DNA of 59,646 bases from an uncultured Gemmatimonadaceae bacterium (lineage in GTDB: Bacteria; Gemmatimonadota; Gemmatimonadetes; Gemmatimonadales; GWC2-71-9), in NCBI GenBank assembly GCA_964613905.1, contig CAZTIV010000008.1:548-60193 (forward strand), read 5' to 3'. Under the pieces are notes generated by a model. The model did no database searches. It had not been told where the DNA came from and was given only the letters and a program-made list of their open reading frames with translations. Below, piece after piece: positions 16,484 through 23,911 of the stretch (the stretch's first letter is position 1; the number at the start of each line of letters is the position of its first letter). Position numbers and translations under genes: made by a program.

Positions 16484-17508
16484 CCCGCGGGTACCAAATA
16501 GTGGTCTTGCTGGGTGTGATGGTTGCCGGTCCGCTCCCGGCGCAGGAGCGTCGAAATGAGCAGTTCTACTACCCGGGCCGATTCAACTGGGAGTTCCTGC
16601 ACCGGTATCCGGAGGCGGCGCGCCTGTTCAACGCGTTCGATTACGGGCACGCCGTCCTGTACGAGGTATTGCTCACACGATCCGATTCAGCCCGCCAGAC
16701 TGCGGCACTCGAACGGGAGTACCACTACCTCACCACGGATCTCCTGCTCCGGCCGCCGCGTTTTGCCGTGGCGGAAGATGCGGTGGCACCGGCGTATGCC
16801 AGGCTTGCCTGGCGCGCGAAGATGATGTTTCACTGGGCACACGTCCTCCACCGGCAGATCTACGACGCATACGCCGATCCGCGGTTGTCCGACGCTGAAC
16901 GCCGTGATCTCGTGGAACGCCTCACCGACTACTATCTGAGCAACCGGCGCCTCGCGTTCACCGACGTGCCCAAGTCCATGGAACTGATGGACGAGGCCTA
17001 CTACAGTCAGGTATTCCGCCGTCGCCATCCCGAGTTCAACGGATTGATCTGGGCCTACCACTGGCTGCAGGTGGGATTGTACGAGCCTCTGGTCATGGAT
17101 ACTACGGCCGACGGGCGCAAGGCCGGCATCCAGGCCGCAGTGGCGCGGTTCTTCGACATGTTGCGGGAGCCGCCAACTCACTACCCCGTGGTGATGCCCA
17201 TGACGCCCGCCATCGCTCCGGAGTTCACCCGCCGGCATCCACGGGCGGCGGCCATCTTCGACAACCTGCACATGCTGCACGACATTATCTCCGACATCCT
17301 CGTGTCGGGGGCTGTGCCGCGTGACCGAAAACGGGCAGAGATCTATGCTGCTTTGGACGAGTTCCAGGATGGCACCCGGAATGCGATTACGGCTGACGAG
17401 TGGCTGCATATGGCGCATCACATGGGCGGCGTGGACGCCATGGGCGGGCCGGCCGTAGGCTTGTTGCGGAGGCCGGAATCGGTGGATGCCGGGGGCCACC
17501 GGCACTGA
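16480..17508 (+). CDS. Exported His-rich helical protein with internal duplication, function unknown
   Basis: ATGA overlap with the upstream gene. Signal peptide LPA-QE; motifs DYGHAVLYE, HWAHVLHRQIYD, AYHWLQVGLYE, DNLHMLHDIISD; HMAHHM tail. Confidence 0.8.
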   Translation: MTRGYQIVVLLGVMVAGPLPAQERRNEQFYYPGRFNWEFLHRYPEAARLFNAFDYGHAVLYEVLLTRSDSARQTAALEREYHYLTTDLLLRPPRFAVAEDAVAPAYARLAWRAKMMFHWAHVLHRQIYDAYADPRLSDAERRDLVERLTDYYLSNRRLAFTDVPKSMELMDEAYYSQVFRRRHPEFNGLIWAYHWLQVGLYEPLVMDTTADGRKAGIQAAVARFFDMLREPPTHYPVVMPMTPAIAPEFTRRHPRAAAIFDNLHMLHDIISDILVSGAVPRDRKRAEIYAALDEFQDGTRNAITADEWLHMAHHMGGVDAMGGPAVGLLRRPESVDAGGHRH

Positions 17509-17564
17509 AAAAGCCGGGGTGCGTGGCGCAGGGGTAAGTTTCGGGGAGGGAAGGAGAGGGACAG

Positions 17565-18650
17565 ATGAAATGGTCGTGGGTACTGGGGCGGGTCCAGGGC
17601 ATCAAGATCCAGGTGCACTGGACGTTCTCGATCCTTCTCGTATGGGTGGGGCTGATTCACGCTGCCCGCGGTGCGAGCACGGCGGACGTTGTGGCCGGCA
17701 TCATGCTCATACTCGCCGTCTTTGCGTGTGTCGTGCTGCACGAGTTGGGACACGCACTCACGGCCAAGCGGTTCGGAATCAACACTCGCGACATAACCCT
17801 CCTTCCCATTGGCGGAGTAGCACGGCTCGAGCGCATGCCCGACGAGCCGTATCAGGAGTTGATTGTTGCTGCCGCCGGACCGGCTGTGAACGTGGTGATT
17901 GCCGGGATATTAGCGCTCGCACTCCTGGCGGTGGATGGATTCCGGCCGATCGGTGAACTTGCGCTGGTAGGCGGCAACTTTGCGGTCAAGCTGATGTGGG
18001 TGAACGTGCTGCTGGTGGCGTTCAATCTTCTGCCGGCGTTCCCCATGGACGGCGGGCGTATCTTGCGGGCGTTGCTCGCGAGCCGGCTCGATTACGGCCG
18101 GGCCACACGAATAGCGGCAACGATAGGTCAGGGAATGGCGGTGCTTTTCGGCCTGGCGGGACTCTTCGGCAATCCGTTCCTCCTGCTCATTGCCATCTTC
18201 GTTTTCCTGGGGGCGCAGGCCGAGGCCGAGCAGGTTGGGGTACGGATGGCGTTGGAGGGGGTGCCGGTGGCGGACGCCATGATGACCAGGTTCGACGTGC
18301 TGGCCGCGACGAACACACTGCAGGATGCCATCGACGAACTTATTGCAGGATCACAGCAGGACTTTCCGGTGGTGGAAGATGGACGCGTGGTCGGGTTGCT
18401 GCTCCGTCAGGACCTCGTGAAGGCTATCAAGGCGGGTGGGCGCGAGCAGCGCGTGGGTGATGTCATGCGCAAGGACTGTGCTCTGGCCCGGGTGGACGAG
18501 CCCGTGTTCGAGGTGATAGCCCGGATGCGCAGCGCTCGTTGCCCCACTATTCCCGTCATGCAGGACGGTACGCTGGTGGGGCTCCTGACTCTTGAGAACG
18601 TGGGTGAGTTGATGATGGTCGAGCCCGGGAGCGGCAGGATCGAACGCTAG
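17565..18650 (+). CDS. Site-2 protease (M50) with C-terminal CBS pair (Rip3-like)
   Basis: HELGH, LLPIGG, AAAGPAVN, FNLLPAFPMDGGR, two CBS domains. Confidence 0.95.
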   Translation: MKWSWVLGRVQGIKIQVHWTFSILLVWVGLIHAARGASTADVVAGIMLILAVFACVVLHELGHALTAKRFGINTRDITLLPIGGVARLERMPDEPYQELIVAAAGPAVNVVIAGILALALLAVDGFRPIGELALVGGNFAVKLMWVNVLLVAFNLLPAFPMDGGRILRALLASRLDYGRATRIAATIGQGMAVLFGLAGLFGNPFLLLIAIFVFLGAQAEAEQVGVRMALEGVPVADAMMTRFDVLAATNTLQDAIDELIAGSQQDFPVVEDGRVVGLLLRQDLVKAIKAGGREQRVGDVMRKDCALARVDEPVFEVIARMRSARCPTIPVMQDGTLVGLLTLENVGELMMVEPGSGRIER

Positions 18651-19123
18651 AGCGCGGGCCCCCTGGTGGGTTCGGCATGAGCCTTTCCAGAGATGGCCAC
18701 GATGCCGTCACACCTGGCGCACACCGCGCCCTGCTGGTCGATCAGTTCCGCCGCCGCGAACACCAGATTGGCTCCCACCCGCACCGGCCGACCCAGTACT
18801 TCGAAGCGATCCCCCTGAACCGGTCTCAGAAACTGGATGTTGAGTTGTGCGACCCCAGCTCGCCGGCCGAGCGTGTGGAGGTACCCAGCGAGACCCACGA
18901 CGAGATCGAACATCCCCGCAATCACCGCGCCGTTTACCGCCTCCGTGCCGAGCCCGCCGCGATGCTCCGGCCGGATGGGGTCGATCACGGCGCGCACCTG
19001 ACCCGGCGTGGACAGGTCCACCCGCGCTCCCATGTGCCGCATTCCCGGATGCGTGTTCCATTGTTCCGCCATCTCGGTACGGGCTGCATCCGAGGGGTAG
19101 TCGGCCGGTGGCTTGAATTGCAT
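18647..19123 (-). CDS. PaaI-family (hotdog) thioesterase
   Basis: C-terminal part of ORF 18647..20335 from ATG 19123. AVNGAVIAGMFD, LNIQFLRPV. Confidence 0.8.
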   Translation of the reverse strand: MQFKPPADYPSDAARTEMAEQWNTHPGMRHMGARVDLSTPGQVRAVIDPIRPEHRGGLGTEAVNGAVIAGMFDLVVGLAGYLHTLGRRAGVAQLNIQFLRPVQGDRFEVLGRPVRVGANLVFAAAELIDQQGAVCARCDGIVAISGKAHAEPTRGPAL

Positions 19124-19195
19124 GTGATGAAGAGAAGCGGGAGTGGAACAAGCGGTCAAGGCGGTCAGGTCACCCGACGTTGTAAATTGTTTCCA

Positions 19196-20461
19196 ATGAA
19201 CGAACGTCCACGGATTGTCATCGTCGGTGCCGGGTTCGGCGGGTTGGAGCTGGCGCGCAGGCTGGCCAACAAACCGTTCGACGTGGTACTCCTCGACCGG
19301 AACAACTACCATCTCTTCACCCCGTTTCTGTACCAGGTGGCGAGTTCCCTGATCAATCCCGGCGACATCGCCTACCCGGTACGCACGGTGTTTCGGCGAG
19401 CTTCCAATGTCCGGTTCCGCATGGCGGAAGTCGTTGGAGTGGATTTTCAGAACAGACGCGTCAGGCTCGAAAGCGGGCCCGAGGAGCCGTACGAGCACCT
19501 GATCTTCGCCACAGGTGTGGCCATCCACTATTTCGGTCAGGAAGCGATCCGAGCGATATCGCACGGACTCACCGACTTGCCGATGGCAATGCGGCTCAGG
19601 AATCACGTGCTGACCTGTTTCGAGACGGCGGCCGTGCTGGATAGTCCGGAGAAACGGCGCGAGTGGCTCACGTTCATGGTGGTGGGTGCCGGTCCTACCG
19701 GCGTGGAGTATGCCGGCGCTCTGTCCGAGCTGGTGCGACTCATGCTGCGACGCGATCACCCGCGTCTCCCCAGGGACGAGATTCACCTCGTACTGGTTGA
19801 AGGACGGGACCGTGTCCTGCCGATCTTCCCTGAGGGGTTGAGCCATCATGCCGAGCACCATCTCAGGAAGAAAGGGATCGAGCTCAGGCTCGGCCGGTTG
19901 GTCAACGCGGCGGATGGTGAATCGGTGACGTTGGACTCCGGTGAGGTAATCCGCGCGCGGACACTGGTATGGGCGGCGGGCGTCCATCCTCCGCCGCTCA
20001 TAGAGAAGCTGGGGCTGCCTGTCAGGAAGAGTGGGAGGGTGGAGGTGGACGAGTATCTCCGGGTACCGGGATACGAAGGCGTGTACGCCATCGGCGACGT
20101 GGCCGGTTACCTCCACGAAGGTGAGGAATTGCCCATGCTGTCGCCGCCCGCCATGCAGCAGGCCCGTCTCATCGCGGCCAATCTCCAGCGGGCGGCAAAG
20201 GGTCAGCCGGCCAGGACCTACAGATATTTCGACAAGGGCCTGATGGCGACGATTGGCCGGAACGTGGCGGTGGCCCAATCCGGACCCATCCGTCTCAAGG
20301 GTTTCATCGGGTGGGTGGCGTGGCTGGCCCTGCACCTCTACTTCCTGGCCGGATTCCGGAACCGGGTGGCCGTGTTCGCACGCTGGATCTGGGAATACAT
20401 CCTCTGGGATCGTCCCATACGATTCATCCTGCGCACAATGGACCGGCGGGAGCGCGCGTGA
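19196..20461 (+). CDS. ndh: Type II NADH:quinone oxidoreductase (NDH-2)
   Basis: ATG 19196. IVGAGFGG, HLFTPFLYQVA, VGAGPTGVEYAG, WAAGV, AIGD, AMQQA, DKGLMATIGR, WLALHLYFL. Confidence 0.9.
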   Translation: MNERPRIVIVGAGFGGLELARRLANKPFDVVLLDRNNYHLFTPFLYQVASSLINPGDIAYPVRTVFRRASNVRFRMAEVVGVDFQNRRVRLESGPEEPYEHLIFATGVAIHYFGQEAIRAISHGLTDLPMAMRLRNHVLTCFETAAVLDSPEKRREWLTFMVVGAGPTGVEYAGALSELVRLMLRRDHPRLPRDEIHLVLVEGRDRVLPIFPEGLSHHAEHHLRKKGIELRLGRLVNAADGESVTLDSGEVIRARTLVWAAGVHPPPLIEKLGLPVRKSGRVEVDEYLRVPGYEGVYAIGDVAGYLHEGEELPMLSPPAMQQARLIAANLQRAAKGQPARTYRYFDKGLMATIGRNVAVAQSGPIRLKGFIGWVAWLALHLYFLAGFRNRVAVFARWIWEYILWDRPIRFILRTMDRRERA

Positions 20462-21825
20462 GCCTAGAGTCCGTCAATCCGGCCACCGGTCAGCCGCTTC
20501 GAGAGTACGAGGAGTACACGGAAGAAGACGTCCGGGCGCTACTCTCGTCGTCGGTACGAGCGTTCCACGACTGGCGGGTTGTGTCGTTCGGCGAACGGTC
20601 AGACCTCATGAGGCGTGCGGCGGAGTTGCTGCGCGAGCGCAAACGCCGGTATGCCGAGTTGATGGCGGCTGAGATGGGCAAACCCGTAACCCAGGGTGTG
20701 GCCGAAGCCGGGAAGTGTGCCTGGGTATGCGACTATTACGCGGAACATGCCGAGGCGTTTCTCGCGCCGGAATCGGTTTCGACGGACGGATCCAGGAGCT
20801 ACGTAGCGTTCGCTCCGCTCGGGCCCGTTCTGGCCGTCATGCCCTGGAACTTCCCATTCTGGCAGGTCTTCCGGTTTGTGGCGCCGGCCCTCATGGCGGG
20901 AAATACCGGCCTTCTCAAGCACGCATCGAACGTGTCCGGGTGTGCGCTTGCCATCGAAGAGATTATCAGAGATGCGGGGTTCCCGGATGGGGTATTCAGT
21001 ACTCTGTTGATCGGTTCATCGCGTGTTGGGGATGTTATTGACGCGCCGGAGGTGCGAGCCGTTACGCTGACCGGGAGTACGCCAGCGGGGAAGGCTGTGG
21101 CTGCGAAAGCCGGCGGGGTACTCAAGAAGACGGTGCTGGAACTTGGCGGCAGTGACCCGTACGTGATCCTTGAAGACGCAGATCTTGCACTTGCGGCAGA
21201 GACCTGCGTGTCGTCCCGGCTCATCAACAGCGGCCAGAGTTGCATTGCCGCCAAGCGATTCATCGTGGTGGAGCCGGTCAGGGAGGAGTTCGAGGCCCGG
21301 TTCGTCGAAATGATGGCAGAGGTTGTCCCGGGTGACCCGATGGACGGGAAGACAAGGCTTGGACCTCTGGCACGGCCCGATCTCAGGGACGAATTGCACG
21401 AGCAGGTGACCCGTAGCATCGATGGGGGAGCGAAGCTTCTGCTGGGTGGCGAGGTACCGGAAGGAGAAGGGGCGTACTATCCGCCGACCGTGCTGAGTAA
21501 CGTCCAACCGGGCATGCCTGCATATGACGAGGAATTGTTCGGACCGGTGGCTGCGATCATCGCGGCGCGGGACGAACAGGACGCCGTGCGTATTTCCAAC
21601 GACTCTCCGTTCGGGCTGGGTGCGGCGGTGTTCACGCGTGACGTGGAGCGCGGTGAGCGGATCGCGCGAGATGAAATCGAGGCCGGCTCCTGCTTCGTCA
21701 ACGCACTGGTCAAGTCAGACCCCCGGCTGCCGTTCGGCGGGATCAGAGAATCGGGATACGGGCGCGAGCTGTCGTCCTTCGGGATCCGCGAGTTCCTGAA
21801 CGTGAAGACCGTTTACATCAGGTGA
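20458..21825 (+). CDS. NAD(P)-dependent aldehyde dehydrogenase, succinate-semialdehyde dehydrogenase (Sad/GabD) type
   Basis: GTGA overlap. MPWNFPFWQV, LKHAS, LTGS, LELGGSD, GQSCIAAKR, EELFGP, FGG...SGYGRE. Confidence 0.9.
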   Translation: MSLESVNPATGQPLREYEEYTEEDVRALLSSSVRAFHDWRVVSFGERSDLMRRAAELLRERKRRYAELMAAEMGKPVTQGVAEAGKCAWVCDYYAEHAEAFLAPESVSTDGSRSYVAFAPLGPVLAVMPWNFPFWQVFRFVAPALMAGNTGLLKHASNVSGCALAIEEIIRDAGFPDGVFSTLLIGSSRVGDVIDAPEVRAVTLTGSTPAGKAVAAKAGGVLKKTVLELGGSDPYVILEDADLALAAETCVSSRLINSGQSCIAAKRFIVVEPVREEFEARFVEMMAEVVPGDPMDGKTRLGPLARPDLRDELHEQVTRSIDGGAKLLLGGEVPEGEGAYYPPTVLSNVQPGMPAYDEELFGPVAAIIAARDEQDAVRISNDSPFGLGAAVFTRDVERGERIARDEIEAGSCFVNALVKSDPRLPFGGIRESGYGRELSSFGIREFLNVKTVYIR

Positions 21826-23717
21826 CGACACCCTTCATCCCGCACGGGATTCCGCGCCAGCGCCGGAGTCCGCTGAACCCGGACCCCGAACCCGGGTTCC
21901 GCGAGCGATTGTCGGCCCTCAAGTATCTCCCTCCGCTCTTCCGCATGGTGTACCGCGCCCACAGGGGATACACGTGGGGAATAGTCGTCCTGCGGGCATT
22001 GCGAGCTGTGGTTCCGCTGGCGCTTCTCTGGGTAGGCAAGCTCATCATCGATGGAGTGGTGGAGGCAATAGCGGCCCATCAGGCGGGCGCGGCGCCGGAC
22101 TGGCACGGGCTCGCGGTGCTGGTCGCGCTCGAGCTCGGCATCGCGGTAGTGGGCGAGGGTCTGGCGCGTATCTCATCTCTCCTCGAGAGCCTGTTGGGCG
22201 ACCTGTTTGCCAACGAGGTCTCGGTCAGGATGATCGAGCACGCGGCAACACTCGATCTGGAACAGTTCGAGGATGCCGAAACTTACGATCAGCTCGAACG
22301 GGCGCGACGACAGACCGTAGGCCGGATAGGATTGCTCGCGCTGGTACTGAACAGCGCGCAGGATCTGGTGACCCTGCTTTCGCTGGCGGCCGCACTGGTG
22401 GTCTACGTACCGTGGCTCCTGATCCTGTTGGCTCTGGCCGTGATCCCGTCGTTCCTCGGCGAGGCGCGGTTCGCGCATCTGGGGTACTCGTTGCTCTTTC
22501 AGTGGACTCCCGAACGACGCCAGCTGGATTACCTGCGGTACGTGGGGGCCAGCGATGTCTCCGTCAAGGAGGTCAAGCTCTTCGGCCTGTCAAGTTTCCT
22601 GAAAGGGCGGTATGCCCGGCTTGCGCGACAGTTCTACGATGCGAACAAGCGGCTGGCGGTCAAGCGGGCGGCGGTGTCTTCGGTTCTGGCGGCCATCGGA
22701 TCGCTGGGCTACTACGGCGCCTTTGGCGTCATCATATACCTCACCGTGATCGGGTATGAGTCGCCGGCGGGCGTGTTCACCATTGGCGTGCTCACGTTCC
22801 TCGCGGGGTCCTTCCGTCAGAGCCGGGATCTGATACAGCGGGTCCTGCTGTCGCTCACCCAGATATACGAGCAGAGCCTTTACCTGAGAGATCTGTTCAC
22901 CTTCTTCGAATTGAAGCCACGGATCGCGAGCCGGCCGGGGTTGCCTCCGGTGCCTGCTCCAATAGTTGATGGATTCGTCTTCGAGAACGTGGGCTTCCGT
23001 TATCCCGGATCCGACAAGTGGGCGGTGCGCGGACTGAGCTTCGAACTCAAGCCGCAGGAGTCGGTGGCGCTGGTGGGAGAGAACGGTGCCGGGAAGACGA
23101 CGCTGGTGAAGCTGCTGGCCCGTTTGTACGACCCGTCCGAAGGGCGGATCCTGCTGGACGGGCGGGACCTCCGCGAGTACGACCTGGCCAGCGTGCATGC
23201 AAACATCGGCGTGATCTTCCAGGATTATGTCCGATATGACCTGCTGTTCCGTGAGAACATAGGAGTGGGGCAGATCGGGCGGGTGGATGACCGTACTCAG
23301 GTAGAACAGGCAGCCCGCCGCGGGCTCGCGGATGCGGTGGCAGCAGGGCTCGCGAAGGGGTTCGACCAGCAGCTGGGGCGGCGGTTTGAGAGCGGGGTGG
23401 AGCTGTCGGGCGGAGAGTGGCAGAAGGTGGCGCTCGCTCGCGCCTACATGAGGGATGCGCAGGTGCTCATTCTGGACGAACCCACCGCGGCGCTGGACGC
23501 CCGTGCCGAGTATGAGGTGTTCATGCGGTTCACCGAACTCACGCGCGGCCGGGTCGCAGTGATCATCTCACACCGGTTCTCGACGGTGCGCATGGCCAGC
23601 CGCATCCTGGTGCTCAGGGATGGCCAACTGGTGGAGCATGGCACACACCGGGAGCTGGTGGTGAACGGCGGTCTTTACGCGGAGTTGTTCAATCTGCAGG
23701 CGGCGGGATACAGATAA
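21822..23717 (+). CDS. ABC exporter, fused TM + ATP-binding domains
   Basis: N-terminal TM domain. GENGAGKTT, LSGGEWQK, ILDEPTAALD, ISHR. Confidence 0.92.
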   Translation: MTTPFIPHGIPRQRRSPLNPDPEPGFRERLSALKYLPPLFRMVYRAHRGYTWGIVVLRALRAVVPLALLWVGKLIIDGVVEAIAAHQAGAAPDWHGLAVLVALELGIAVVGEGLARISSLLESLLGDLFANEVSVRMIEHAATLDLEQFEDAETYDQLERARRQTVGRIGLLALVLNSAQDLVTLLSLAAALVVYVPWLLILLALAVIPSFLGEARFAHLGYSLLFQWTPERRQLDYLRYVGASDVSVKEVKLFGLSSFLKGRYARLARQFYDANKRLAVKRAAVSSVLAAIGSLGYYGAFGVIIYLTVIGYESPAGVFTIGVLTFLAGSFRQSRDLIQRVLLSLTQIYEQSLYLRDLFTFFELKPRIASRPGLPPVPAPIVDGFVFENVGFRYPGSDKWAVRGLSFELKPQESVALVGENGAGKTTLVKLLARLYDPSEGRILLDGRDLREYDLASVHANIGVIFQDYVRYDLLFRENIGVGQIGRVDDRTQVEQAARRGLADAVAAGLAKGFDQQLGRRFESGVELSGGEWQKVALARAYMRDAQVLILDEPTAALDARAEYEVFMRFTELTRGRVAVIISHRFSTVRMASRILVLRDGQLVEHGTHRELVVNGGLYAELFNLQAAGYR

Positions 23718-23839
23718 CAGGGAAAAGGGAAGAGGGAAAAGGGAAAAGTACTGCGGTCACGCCAGGTCCGCGGCGGGGCGCACCTGAACGTGCGATGAAA
23801 AGCCTTACTTTTCCCTTTTCCCTCTTCCCTTTTCCCTGT
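23717..23839. repeat. 34-bp perfect inverted repeat built from GGGAAAA/GGGAAGA heptamers with 55-nt spacer
   Basis: ACAGGGAAAAGGGAAGAGGGAAAAGGGAAAAGTA (23717-23750) and its exact reverse complement (23806-23839). Confidence 0.95.
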
Positions 23840-23911
23840 CCCCGCCCCCATTTGACACCCTCTGTCCCTCGGCACAATTTCCCGATCCCCCTGGAACGGA
23901 GGTAGGCTCGC

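Noticed and set aside
19124-20335. Long N-terminal extension of the PaaI ORF (562 aa)
   Set aside because: Antisense to ndh. Only the last 158 aa look like a real protein.
23852-23880. Promoter for the EF-G paralog (TTGACA at 23852)
   Set aside because: No TAnnnT -10 at 16-18 nt spacing, so not supportable as a feature.
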